A DNA stretch of 64,000 bases, taken from the human T2T-CHM13v2.0 reference genome, Homo sapiens. Under the pieces are notes generated by a model that was not told the origin of the DNA, did no database searches, and saw nothing but the letters and a program-made list of their open reading frames with translations. The DNA is taken from assembly GCF_009914755.1 (NCBI RefSeq), contig NC_060926.1. One strand, 5' to 3'. The position numbers and the translations under genes were made by a program. This document shows positions 29,340 through 42,735 of the stretch, piece by piece (the first letter of the stretch is position 1; each line of letters opens with the position of its first letter).

Positions 29340-29980
29340 AGATGAATGGTTTTCAAACTTTTTTTTTTTTTTACCTTAACTCACAGTAAGATATACATTC
29401 GACATTATAATCTACTATGTTATCAACACACACACAAAGTGAAACAAAAGTTTCATAATACATGCCTTTACTGCAATATATTTTTATTCTATTCTATTTT
29501 ACTTGATTTTATTATACATTGTTTAAAAACACTGTTTCATTGGTCACAAACAGACGCTTCCATTCTCTGGGGAGGACTGTACTTCACAGCCTCATTGATG
29601 GCTGACTTGGTCATATGATTTGCTCTGTCCAATAAAATTTGAGGAGTGAAAATTTTCACTTCCAGGCAGAGGTTTTAAAATGTAGGTGTGGTTCACTATT
29701 CACTTTATATCCTCTGCCATGGGACTTGAATATTCCAGGCAGAGGCTACTCCATCAATCTGGATTCTGGAGAAAGCTTGCATAGAGAGATCTTCATAGGG
29801 GCAGCCTACCCTCAAAGGATTTGTATCATGAGTAAGAAACAAACCTTTGTTGTTAAAAGCCACTGACATTGTGTTATTATAGCACAGTCTACTGTCTTGA
29901 CTGATCCACTGGTTGCAACCCACTGAAGTGATTTTGGGATCCATTAATGGATTGCAGCCAATAGTTTGGAAAATTATTAT
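29340..29980. mobile_element. hAT-Charlie element interrupted by an old MLT1 LTR (~29530-29905)
   Basis: tggttttcaaactt..cacagtaaga..tgaaacaaaagtttca and terminal ..agtttggaaaa; the inner part ends aagccactga..ttattatagcacagtcta..ttgactgat. Confidence 0.5.
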
Positions 29981-30021
29981 ATCTTCTGCCTCTTTCTGTG
30001 ACTTCCACCTCTTTCCCCTCC

Positions 30022-32005
30022 TGATGGCAGCAGGGGGCTATCCACAGTGGGGAGGCATAGACGGTGGCAGCAGAAGTGGCTACAGGAGCTGCAATGGCGG
30101 TGGTGGGTCCCCTGTGCCCCACGTCCTTGAGGCAGCTGACTGTGACGCCTGCTTCGGGGACCGGCCAGCAGTGGAGGGTTTCTGTGCCTCAGGAGGGGGC
30201 TCTGCGCAGGGCCGCCCAGGGCTCTGTCCCCAGGGTCTGCCCTGCATCAGGGTGACCACCAGGCCTGACACTCCTGACGGCCAGACCAGGGCCTGCAATC
30301 CATTCCTGGAGGTGCGCACTGGGCAGGGCCACAATCTGGGCGAGGGGGAGCTCCCAGCTGCCCCTGAATGCCAGGGCCACTGGGGGAGCTCATGGAGATG
30401 TTGCCCCTACCCTGACACTGGCCTGGGCCCAGCAAGTACCTAGAGCCCCTGCCCCAGGCTGTGAGGGGGTGCAGCTGGGCTTCATGCTCCATGGAGCCAC
30501 TAGAGCCAGAAACAGGCAGCAGCCCAAGACAAGGCTGTGGACCCAGGCCTCTCTGTGCCCTTGGGGGCCTGGGAAGTCCCCCCTCCCTTGCCCTTGAAGG
30601 CTTGGAGAGGCCTGCTCCACTCCATGACCTCTCCCTGCTCCTGGTGCCCGCTCTGATCTTGGAGTAGGGTTGGGGCCAAGCCTGGTCACTGTCACAGCCC
30701 GGCTGGGTGTGCACACACTTGAGGAGCACTGACATGCCAGCTCCCTGCCACCTCAGTCCCCTCTGGACTTCGGGTGCTGACAAGCATGAGGGGAAATTGA
30801 GGGGGTGTGTTGAGGGCGGCTCAGCACTGGCCTGCAGGTGCCCCTTGGCACAAGCAACCTGGGTGCCTTAGATGCTGGCAGGAGGCAGATGGGCCACTGG
30901 GCAGAAGAGGGAGGATCTCCGGTGAGGCCCCACCTGCAGGCCAGGGAGGGTTTGAAGGCTAGGGGCCAGGCTGCCAGTCCCAGGGACCAGAGTAGGGGAC
31001 TTGTGGTGCCCTTTCTGGGCCTACCCCTGGCTGCCCATGGACCAATCAGTGGGCACTTCCTTCTCTCTGAGGCCCATAAAAGCCCTGGGCTCAGCCAGAG
31101 CAGAGCAGAGGACAGAGAGACAATGGGATGACCTGCTGCAGAAAGGAGCTACTATCTCTGCCAAGAGATCCAGACAAAGGGATGACTTGCCTGCACAGAG
31201 AAGCCACCTACAGGGCCTCCTCTCTGCTGAGAGCTGCAGGATGGGATGACCAGCTGCAGAGAGGAGCTACCCTCTCTGCTAGGAGCTGAACACTCACTGG
31301 GACACCCTGGCTACACAGAGGAGCTGTCCACTGCGGGTCTTCTCTGAGCTGTTTTATTGCTCAATAAAGCTCCTCTCTGTCTTGCTCACCCTCTGCATGT
31401 CTGCAAACCTCATTCTTCCTGGTCGCAGAACAAGAACTCAGGACCTGATGAGTGGCGAGGCTAAAAGAGCTGCTGTAACACAAACAAAGCTGAAACATGC
31501 CCCCTGCTCGCCATGTTGCGAGTGAAGAGAAGGAGAGAAAATCTGCAGCACTTCAGGGAGCCCAGACCTGGGAGCTCCCTGAGCCAGAGCTGTGACTCCC
31601 TCTTTGGGGCCTTGTGGTTCCTGGAGTCTCTAAGCTTCTGGGTGCCACCGCATTCCCTGGTGCCAGCTGGGGAAGCTGCTTACAGTGTGCCTGGTCCAGC
31701 TGCAGCCTCACAGAGAGCTGACACCCATGCTGGCACCTGGAGCTGCCTGCCCCATGGCAGCAGCCAGCATGTCTGACTGTGCAGTGGCTGGACCCCATAC
31801 TCGCTCACACACACCCCTCATCACTCCACGCCTGACTCTAGTCTCCCTTGGAGGCATAGGATCCAGGCCGGCAGCATGAGCTGAGCATAGCCTGTCAGGC
31901 AGAGTCGGTGGAACGAGCCCAGTGGGCCCGAGCAAAACTCAGGCAAAGATTCCGCCAACCACAGGTTTCTGGCCAGAACAGCAACACCCCAAAGATCCTG
32001 TAACA
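30022..32005 (+). mobile_element. MER52-family solo LTR (ERV1), 1984 bp, GC-rich
   Basis: TG...CA termini (tgatggcagc ... caccccaaagatcctgtaaca); CTCC TSD at 30018-30021 and 32006-32009; TATA-like cataaaa near 31075; AATAAA at 31363-31368. Confidence 0.92.
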
Positions 32006-32009
32006 CTCC

Positions 32010-32640
32010 TTTATGGCAAATGAAATCATTCCGCTGATACACATCTATGGCCTCTCTCTTTTCTCAACAATTTCCCTGGGCAATTTTATCCCTTACACTG
32101 TCTTCATTATTTCTTATTTGGACTAGTAAACTTTCCTGTCACCTGGATCTTCACTTTTTATGCTGCACTTTTTCTATCTCCATCTCATTTTCCTTTTCTC
32201 TGAGAGATTAATTTACCTGATGCATGACTGCTATCATCAGAGATCCTTCAATGGCTTTCTGCTGTCCAGAAAATGAGCCCATGCTCCCTAGCCCAGCTTT
32301 TTGTCCATCTCTATCAACCTTGAATCTCATGCCCGATCGACCCCTCCACGCACACTCTGCCGCAACCCAGTCACACCACCCACTGCCCTCTCCCTGTGCC
32401 CAGTGATGAAAACCATTTCTCTTCATGCTGTCTCCCTTGCCTAGAATGCACAGTACCCCCTAGCCACCATATAAAATCCTCTACTTCCAGATACAACTCA
32501 TCCTTCAGTGGCCCTGAAGCTCTTCCAGGAAGCTTTTTCTGAGCTTCCCAGGTAGAAGACAACCCTCTCCACAAAACTTTCTGAGCCTTACAGTACTGCC
32601 TCATTTTGCCTTCCGTGTCTTGTCACTTGTCACTTGAATC
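32010..32640. mobile_element. L2 fragments
   Basis: ttcaatggctt..tgcctagaatgc..ccaggaagctttttctga L2 motifs. Confidence 0.55.
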
Positions 32641-35600
32641 TAGGGATAGGATTCTGACAAAATTTACTACGACAAATGAGTTATTTCCTATTCTTCTCCC
32701 TCCCTCCAGATTATCTCAACTGTTAAACATAGCTGAGTGACATAATATGAATGCTTCTTACAAGCATGTCTTACTTTGACAGCAGACATGAAGGCTCAGC
32801 AGAATAGTGTAAGTAAACCACAGTCTCAATAATCTCATTGTTGGAGAACACTGAAGCTATTTTTTCCTTAGTATGGATGAGGTATATTCCTGAATCAAAA
32901 CATATATGATCTAACATGTTATTCTAATTCTTTTAGTAAAGTTTTGCAAACTTCTCAGCTATAGTTGTATGTTGAGTCTCTAAAATTTTGAGTACTTAAA
33001 ATGCCCCAAAACATCCTTTTTGAGGATCTCAAAAGAAGAGAAAAAAAGGCTGAGTGATAACAATGTCCACACATTTAATGCTGTCAATTTTACTCCTTTA
33101 TCTATTTAGGACCTGTTCATTCCTACTGAAAAAAATTATAATGTAGTTACTGGTTTTCTCTGCCCACAGCAAATTAGTAGCAATAAATTAGAAGTAGGGA
33201 AGAGAAGAAGTACTTAACACTGAGAGAGGAGATAGAAAAACTAAAATAGACATACATGAAACATTTTTTTTAAAAAATGAAAAAGCATTATCACCTAAGA
33301 AATTTCAGGACACAGGCACATTCCTTTTGATTACATTTTATTCTAGCATAACACTATCAAAATAATAGTGTTATTACCACTGCCCTTAAATCACTAAGAA
33401 AAAATTCCTCTATAGTCAATATGCATTGCTGAAGGCAGATAAGTAAGTAATATATTTTAGACAAATTTTTATCCAGTTGGGTAAAATAGTCTGGTACTTA
33501 AGAGAGTGAGTTTAAGTAATCCAGAAATTTCATTCAGAGAGAAGACATTTTTGCTAACCAGAAGACAAAGGAAACTCTGTGTTATTATGCACAGAAGGCC
33601 AAATAATATAAAAAATTAAGTTTGTGAAGGATCTGATATCCTTCGAAGAGGAGAACATGTTATCATTAAAGGTTATATAAATTCTTAGAGGAAAATTAAA
33701 GTTATATTAATTAAAGTTCACCCCAAGACTCAGTGAAGAATCAAGGGCTTTCAACTCAACTCCCAAACTTGAACTTTATGAAAAAGATTTACTGGCAAAA
33801 TCAGGTGACACATTTTTAACATATAGAGGGTTGATAAGAGAAAGAAGATTCTAGATAGTGGAGATAAGATTACTACTTTTTTGCTTCTGTATTATTCTCC
33901 CCCCACCCCAACACACAATCCTGAAATTGCTAGAGCATTCACGGGGTTTCCTACTCTTGGAGCACCAACACAATGAGTCACACGAACTTAGCAGTTGTGT
34001 ACACTGCAGGGCACACTGTAATAGCTATAGGCTCTGCTATCATCCACAGGTTGAAGGAGCCATCAATACCTTCTTGGATTCTTTTTATACTCACAGCTAA
34101 TACCAGTATGCCCCACCCCAGATTCAGGCAGAGCCAAGGCTGAATACTGGCAAGGGACCTTTCTCTCACTTCCCACTGATAAAATGAAAGATGGGGCCAG
34201 ATTGTCTCTAAAGCCTATCTCAGTTCTAAGATTCTATGAATCTAAAAACAATTATGTTTATTATTGTAAGTCATGATAGCTACTATTTAACAGTCTTTCA
34301 ATTACCTATTTGCTCAAGTTTCTCTTTAAATTCCCTATACTGAGCACTAATTTCAAAATATATGAAGAATATCTCTAATTCTATGTATGGAATTTGTTTA
34401 GATAAACAACTTTAAATGCCAGATTTTTTTAAAGGGGCAACTTTTTTTTAGTATATTAAAATACAGGTCAGACAGTATATCTGACATATACAATAAGTCT
34501 CTTAAAATGATTTAAGACCAAGTTGCCTATAATTAGTTATGAAAATATTACAAAGAGCTGAACCAAAATAAAACTAAATAAACCAGCTAGCTACTAAACT
34601 ACACATATGTCCTCAAAATCTTACAAGAGTCAAATATTCCAGTAAAAAATAACAGAAGAGATGGAAACACAAGTTTCTTATTATCACACTTCATATGTTA
34701 TAAAACATAATAGCTAACTTATTTTTGGCAAAATGATTAAGGATTGTAACATTCTGGCTTACACAAACATATTTGTCAAATGCATCTTAAATGGAGCATG
34801 TCATGCTAACTTCAGGCATGCAGGCACTGCGGTGTCTTAGAGTAGCCCAGAGACACTGAAATTTCAACACTTTGGCAGGGATCACACCACCAATATTCAC
34901 TGACCCAGGTGTTTAATGGGGGCTGGGGATGGGGTAGGGAATTTCAACAATGTAGTTAATTGAAACCAGATAAAGCTTCTGAATAATAATTTAAAAATCA
35001 TACAGATGTTCACTGCCCCTCCTACCCCCCAAAAGAGGTGACCTTTTGGACAATTTATTGCACACATTATTTTCTAGCTTACACCCTTTTTAAGAAGATA
35101 AAACACAGCTTCACATATCTTTCTGAAAACTCTATAATCAGTTTGAGTTGTGTCTCCACAAATAAAGTAGGTTAAGTTCACGTTTCATCTTTGTTTCCCC
35201 TTTTCACCACTATTCCTGCAAAAGCAAGGACACCTGAAGGCAGGACAATAATTAGAAAGTTATGATGCTGAAAAAGCTATAAGAAAGCACATTAACCTTG
35301 AGATGCATTCTACTTCTTTCCCAACAGACATTGTGAATATGGGCCCAAAAAGAGAGAAAGGTTCAAGACAATGTATTGAACAATCATTTTCAAACACACA
35401 AAAGAGAAACCACACATCACATGCAGAACAGATCTGAAGCAAACACAAAAACCAAAACAGATCTGTGATTAAGTTAATAATAGTCTGTGATGGGCTCCAA
35501 AATGAATATTTTCTTTCCTATGTTTATAGAACAGTAATGCTATTATTTCAAATATGCAAGTATCCTTTTTAATGTTTTTAAAGTGTTTAAGACACCTGGA

Positions 35601-35759
35601 ACAACTAACAACAAATAACTACATTTCATGTCAGTTTGCTACATTTTATTTGACAGGTCCAAGTCATTGCCTACACCAGTAAATAAATGCAACAATTTAT
35701 GTACATCCTATGTCCATGTTCTTGACTGCACAACACACAAGTGAAATCCTAATTTTAGA

Positions 35760-36326
35760 ATGATGGGGTATGCAGCTCTGAGGCAGCTCCCAGTGACTTT
35801 CACCTCCTAGTATTCATGCCCTTGTGTAATTATCTCTCCTTGAGTGTGGGCTAGACCTAGTGACTTGATTCTAACAAGAATACAGGAAACGTGATGGGAT
35901 GTCACTTTGTAACTGGGTTACAGCCTGTGATTTTCATCTGCTAGCAGGCTGTCTGCCTCCTTGACTCTTCTTCCAGGTGTGCTCTAATGAAGTCAGCTAG
36001 ACAGGCCGACACGTTAAAGAAGGTGGCCTCCCCCCAAATGCCACTGCTGAATGAAGGCTCTCTGTCCAACAACTCTCAAGGAATGGGATCCTGTCAAAAA
36101 CCACAAGAGTGAGCCTGGATGCAGATCCATCTCAACTAAAGCCTTCAGATAAAACTGTAGCCCTGGAAGACATGTTGGTTAAAATCTTGGGAGAGACCCT
36201 GAAGCAGAGAATCCAGCTAAGCTGTGGCCAGACTTCTGACCAGAAACTACGAGTGAAGAAATGTGTATTGTTTTACACTGCTAAGTTTTGGGGCAATTTG
36301 ATACACAGCAATAGATACCTAATACA
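35760..36326 (+). mobile_element. MLT1F-like LTR
   Basis: ctcctagtattcatgcccttgtgtaat..ttgagtgtgggctagacctagtgactt..agcaatagatacctaataca. Confidence 0.85.
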
Positions 36327-36374
36327 ATAGTTAACCTAATGACTGAGACAATGACTCTAGAGTTATTTCCCTAA

Positions 36375-36620
36375 TAATAATAATAGCTAATACTTATTTG
36401 GAACTTTAAAGTTACAGATACCATTCTTGATGCTTTATATAATTCCTCACAAAAATACTTTGAAGAACATATTATCCCCATTTTACAAATGAGGAAACTG
36501 AGGTTGAGACTCAAAACTAAAGTAGAGACTCAATAACTTGTCTAAGATCAGACAGACTAAAAAAAAAAAAGGACAATAAATATTGGAACCTAGGTGTCCT
36601 GATTCTACTGCCAGAACTCA
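36375..36620 (-). mobile_element. MIR
   Basis: attatccccattttacaaatgaggaaactgagg. Confidence 0.8.
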
Positions 36621-38053
36621 CAGCAACTGTGCAAGTAGAACCACTAAGAGGCAGAGCTGGACACCATAAAGATGGCAACCACATGACACAGTACTAGAGG
36701 AGACTTCGAAGGCACAAAAGAGATTAGAAGCTGTGCAAAATGCTAAAAGGAAAAATAAAGCCTGCATTCTGATTAAGACACCTTATTTAGGGAAAAAACA
36801 CCCAACACAGTAGACAATAATACAGAGAACAGAGTACAATCTTGAATTTATTGAATTCACACTTAGAAATGAAAAACATATTTTCTTATACCCAATAATA
36901 ATTTAAAACCTCCATTTAGTATCAAAAACCACAGCGAGGGAGGCTATAGTTGTACATTTCCCAAGGGCAATTACGAATAAGAAGCAAGCAGGTGAAGCTG
37001 GCAAGAAAAGGAGCGAGTGCTTAGTGAGCTCTGAGACCCCACTGAAGATATTTTATCCCACGGAGTGAGAAACAGTCAAAATCCTAGCACAAAGCAGCCA
37101 TGAAGCGATCACGTCCTATCTTGGCTTCAGATTACTAGGTTTACCAGCACTCCATGCTCCCACACCCCCTGAACTGAAACAAGACAGTAGGTATCACATC
37201 TATTGGTTAGACTGTCTCCTCAAGCAGACTCCAGGCTCTCCTACTTCAAAGACTGTCTTACTCTCTGGGATGTCCTCAAAACATAGCACAGGATCTGACA
37301 CATGGAAAGGGCTTAATATATGTTTGTTGAATAAAGAAATGAATTATCTTGTGAATTGCATCCATTCAGTGAGTTATTTCAATGGTATATGCTAGTGAAA
37401 GTACAATTTTTTTGTTTTGTTTTATATCTCTTATAGTTCACTTGCTTTCCTGGGCACTTTAAATAGGTCTTTGCGTCTCTAGCGCCTCACTTAATATCTG
37501 GCACACAGTGGTATCCAACAAATATTTGCAAGCATTTGTGAATATGTGTCTCAAAAAGGCTGCCAAGATACAGAATAGGTAAGAATCTGAACTTATGAAT
37601 TAATAAAGATGTAGTGTTCCATAAAGACAGCTGTTTGCCTATCAGTGATGATGATGATACATTTCTTCCTTCTGAAAAAGGCAAGAATATTTACAAAATA
37701 CCTTCCCACAAAAGACAGATTCTTGTCTAGGTCTTACCTAGTGACCGCTCTTAAATATTTCTTTATAAAAAACAGCAAGTAATGTGTAACATAAGAACTC
37801 CGATAACCCTAGATTCAAAGGCATTCTTTCAGAAACTTCTTATCTCCCTCAGCATTATTCTTTGAAACATTATGAACATACATTCACATAAGCCCATCGT
37901 AATATGGAGATAAGGATAAAGGCAGAAAGCAAATATCCCTCTCTCTGTTCTATTTATCAACTGAACAAGAGACAAAAGAACATAGGAAAGGTGAGGAGGA
38001 TTTGTGCAGGCACACAGTCCAGCACCCACAGTTACCTCTGGAGACCTACTTAC

Positions 38054-38223
38054 CGGGAGCTCAGGGACTCGCTTCAGCATCTGAAGTGTGAAATAGCTGC
38101 CTATTGAATGGCCAATGAGCACAAGTTTCATGTCCTTTGGCACATGAGTTCTCAGGAAAGCTAGTTTGTGCTCTATTTGTCCATTTAGTCCATAAATGTC
38201 CTTAATTTCTTGAGCGTTTGAAT
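38054..38223 (-). CDS. LDAH: LDAH internal coding exon (likely exon 4; ~D100-P156), 170 nt, with alpha/beta-hydrolase G-H-S-I-G motif
   Basis: Encodes DSNAQEIKDIYGLNGQIEHKLAFLRTHVPKDMKLVLIGHSIGSYFTLQMLKRVPELP. Acceptor ttttag|AT completes G+AT=Asp with the previous exon; donor CCG|GTAAGT; Ser codon at 38107-38105. Confidence 0.97.
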
Positions 38224-38299
38224 CTAAAAGCAAAAATATGAGCACGTTTTCATTAAGTAAAAGTAATCACTGAAAAAAGATCAAGAAAAAGATAACAAT

Positions 38300-38550
38300 C
38301 ATGATAAAAAGCAGTTACCATTTATCGAAAGCCTACAGTGTGCCAGTGATAATATTAGGCATTCATTATATTAACTAATTTTCACAACAATTTTGGGAAG
38401 GAAACATTATAACCTTCACTTGATAGGTGAAAATCCCAATGCTCATAGATATTAGGTGACAGATTAATAGTCACAAACTTATTAAGTGGGAGAGGTGAGA
38501 TTCAAATTCAGGTCTCCAAATCCTCAAAGTCCATGAACTTTCAATAATTC
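38300..38550 (-). mobile_element. MIR
   Basis: gcagttaccatttatcgaaagcctacagtgtgcca..gattcaaattcaggtct. Confidence 0.65.
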
Positions 38551-38573
38551 TGTGTATTACTGTTAGCTTAGGC

Positions 38574-38760
38574 CAGTGGTTCTCAAACTTGAGCATACAT
38601 CAGAATCCCCTTAAAGGCTTGTTAAAACATATTGCTGGGCTCCACACCCCAGGGTTTCTGTTTCAGTAGGTCTAGGCTGGGGCCTGAGAAGTTGCATTTC
38701 CAAGTTTCCAGGAGATGTTGATGCACTGGGTCCCAGTACCACACATTGAGAACCAGCTGC
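38574..38760. mobile_element. MER5A
   Basis: cagtggttctcaaacttgagcatacatcagaatc..accacacattgagaacca. Confidence 0.88.
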
Positions 38761-40124
38761 TTAGGCTAATTTATATTACTAATAGACAACTAAGAAAGTC
38801 CATGACATGACTTAATTATTTTAGATAATCTTTATTTATTTAAAGAATCCAGATCGAAAAACTTAGGTAGAAATGTTAAAAACTGTCCCTTTTAAATAAT
38901 CAGCAGTCCTGACCTGAAATATCCTCCCTCCCTGTCACAAATGAACTGCTCTTCTAGGTTCTTCAAGACCTAATTAAAACTTTACCTAGCTAATCCTCAA
39001 GAAAAATTAATGAGCTCTCTTCTGTGCTTAATCAGTACCTCTTTTATTATAGCACTTTATCAAACTTGCACATTGTCTGTTTGTATGTTTATTTCCTCTC
39101 TTAGGCTGTGAGTTCCTTGAAGGCAAGGTCCATCTTTTCATGTGTCCTGTGACTAGTACACAGCAAATGTTATGGCTGAATGAAAACTGGAACTGACTAG
39201 ATGATCTCTGAGGATGCTGGCCACTCTAATATTCTACGAGTGTAGAAAACTTGAATAGGTTTTCCCTATGAACATATATATAACCCAATGACAGGGTGTA
39301 ATATTTCAAAATATCACAAGACAGTCAACTGTTTCCTAAAATTTGAGTGACTGAACACTGAATTTCTTGCTCTCATGACTTGCAAGGCATTGATGGGAAT
39401 TACAGTCGGTATGGCTCATTCAAGAGGCACCCCAAACTCAGAAAAACTACTCTTCTGTTTTGTTTGTATATGGTTTTTTTTGTGTGTGTGTGTGCTCATC
39501 TCCCCTTTTAGTCTAAGTCCTGTTTATCCTACAAACTTGAAACAAGCGTTATCTCCTCTGAGAGACCTTTTTATGATTCATGATGTGAGGAGTAAAGTGG
39601 CTCTCTTTTCAGTTTCCACAACATCCCTGTTTATTTATCTCACTATACTACTCCTAATTCACTCCTACTTTACAATTCAGGTCTTGCTTATCACTGCTCC
39701 CCAAAGTCCAGCATACAGTTATTGAAAAGCTTTTTCTTGACTCAATGAGGCTTACTTCCCTATTTCCATAGTACTATTAATCTCCCAGGTTAAACATGTT
39801 ATGCTCTCACTCTTTTTCCCAGGTCAGCTTACAATCCATTCTCCACTTAACAAGGAAGTTCAGCATGAAACAGAATTGGGAAGAGAGAGAATCTGGAACC
39901 TGACTTTGGTAGGACTTCTAATGGCTCCAAATCCACCTTTTTATGCATGAAATATTATATTTAGGTTTGAAGAGTTTATACCTTGCTTCTCTAATCACTC
40001 TACCCAGAAGTGATCATATCATTCTTTGATATAAAAAACCACAATAATGTTAATATTTGCATCCCAAGTTCTTTTTCAAAATATGCAGCATTTGGAAATA
40101 TCCAAGTTTTCCTTCTGTTGGGAC

Positions 40125-40340
40125 AGTAGGTGCAGTACAAAGATAAACGGGCTCTGGAGATGAGATACATCTGGGTTTAAATCTCAGCTCAGCATCTCCC
40201 TAACTGTGTGACTTGAGCAAATCCTTTAACCTAGGCTTCAGTTTCCTCATACACAAAATAGAGATAATAATGCTAGCCTCCAATGGCTGTTGTTTAAGTG
40301 TCTGGCATAAGCAGATAAATAAAAGCTATGATTGTCATCA
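40125..40340 (+). mobile_element. MIR
   Basis: ctgtgtgacttgagcaaatcctttaacctaggcttcagtttcctcat. Confidence 0.75.
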
Positions 40341-40645
40341 TTTCAATTCCTGTTATTTAAGTCCTCCTCCAAATATATACCAAGAACATTTACATGGTTA
40401 GAGCAAAGAAAATGGGCTAAATATTCTAAAATTTCACTGACATCATAAATAAGGTCCTAAAACATTGTATTTCAGATAAACTTTAAAGGACATTATAAAT
40501 CAGAATATTTCAGAGGTAGATCTAGCTTTACCTCTGGGAACTATTCAGTAGATTTTCAAGAACACAGTACTTGCTAGTGTTTGCCAAAGTGGTAAGATTA
40601 ATGGGGAAAGTACTTTCTAAAAATGTACAATGACTGAAAATTTAA

Positions 40646-40953
<308 letters not shown>

Positions 40954-41325
40954 TATCTTTTTTCATTTTACTAGTAAATAAAATTCTAGATATTATTTTA
41001 CTAGCAGAAAATGAAATGTTAAAAGACTATATACTTGATTATATATTTTCATTCCTATTATTTTAATAGTAATATATTCTGAGAAAATGCTAGAAATTAT
41101 TAACTTACTCTCCAAAAAATGTAGAAAAAATTACATTCAATTGTATCAAAACCAGAAGAATGCTAATATGGAAATCATTTATACCATTCTTTCTATAAGG
41201 AAAATGTACTCCAAGTTATAATCAATGAAGCACATTTGGAACATAATCTAAATTGAGATTTCTAAATTGAGAACTGCCCGAATTGGTGGATGACAATCCA
41301 ATCCACCATATTGTTACCAATAAAT

Positions 41326-41462
41326 TGTGGGGGAAAGAAAGAGAGATCAGACTGTTATTGTATCTATGCAGAAAGAGGAAGACATAAGAAACTCCATTTT
41401 GTTCTGTACTAAGAAAAATTCTTCTGCCTTGAGATGCTGTTAATCTGTAACCCCAGCCCCAA
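41326..41462 (+). mobile_element. HERV-K(HML-2) LTR5 (LTR5A-like) 5' fragment
   Basis: tgtgggggaaagaaagagagatcagactgtta..actccattttgttctgtactaagaaaaattcttctgccttgagatgctgttaatctgtaacc. Confidence 0.9.
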
Positions 41463-42504
41463 TATCATATTGACAATTTTCTCTTAGAACCTGAGCCTAT
41501 TTCTTAGACCCATCTCTATTAGATATCACTTCACAGCTCACCTAACGGTTCTAGAGTTTATTTCAAAAGGTACACACAACTTGTTCTGAAATAGTTAGTA
41601 GAGAAATTAAATAATATCAGTACTTCGCATTAACTTTTTGTCTAATCGTTCAAATTTGCTGCTCCAGTTATTAAAGTTATTAAGCAGTCATTAAAATTGC
41701 TTTCAATTTTAAATTCCCTTATAGCCTCAGAACACAGATAAATCTGATGATTATTATTTTCTTCATTTTACATGAACTGAATTGACTACTCTGACAGAAA
41801 ACAGTGACTAATTGGCCCTTGGTATTATTGAAAGTACAGACATAAATAAAATATACTACCTTTGCCTTTCAGGAGATCATAATCTACTAACAGGAAACAG
41901 ACATAGATAAAAACACAATCATTAAATGCCAAAGTTAAGTATCTCAAGCATTTGTGTGAGAAAAGAACACAGTTTATTGGATCACAATAGAAGGGTAACG
42001 GCCCTTTGATTCATAAAAAGTACTGTACCTTTTCCCACTCTACCCAAGATAAATAACTAGAAGATATTCTTTATTACATGTATATTACTATAAATGTATA
42101 CATTTAACTATGTATCTGAATCCAAGCAAAACAGTTTAAATTTAACTACATATTTAACTGCCATTCATATATATATATATATATATGGCTATATACTGAA
42201 TATAAATGTATAAGTTCAACTATTTATTTTCATACAAACAGTATTTATTGGTCATCTCTGACCATGGAACAGACAAGACTGGAGATTAGCACTACACATG
42301 CCTTTGGTAGGACTGAGTCTGCAGACAGTAACTACATCTCACACCAGAATTTGCTCAGCTACTAAACCCTTCCATCCTGCCCCCAGTCATTACTCCAAAG
42401 CTGTATCTTAATAACTAAACAACTTGCATGTAAAAATTGAAAGGCTAAGAATAATATTTCATATTTTAAAGAATTCTTTGATCAAGATGAAAATACAGTT
42501 TCCT

Positions 42505-42735
42505 TGTGAAGCATGTTCTCACCCATAAGTGGGAGGTGAACATTGAGAACACATGGACACAGAGAGGGGAACAACACATACTAGGGCTGTTGAGGGGTGG
42601 GGCGGTGAGGGGAGGGAACTTACAGGACAGGTCAATAGGTGCAGCAAACCACCATAGCACACGTATACCTATGTAACAAACGTGTACATTCTGCTCATGT
42701 ATACCTTTTTTTTTAAGAAAAAATAAAATAAAAAG
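42505..42735 (+). mobile_element. L1PA 3' end
   Basis: gcatgttctcacccataagtggga..ggtgcagcaaaccacca..tatacctatgtaacaaac. Confidence 0.9.

Noticed and set aside
29889-32042. Cluster of long overlapping ORFs (up to 178 aa)
   Set aside because: All lie in the GC-rich MER52 LTR, where stop codons are rare; no recognisable protein.
37829-38245. 138-aa ORF as a stand-alone gene
   Set aside because: It is the 170-nt LDAH exon plus intronic read-through on both sides.
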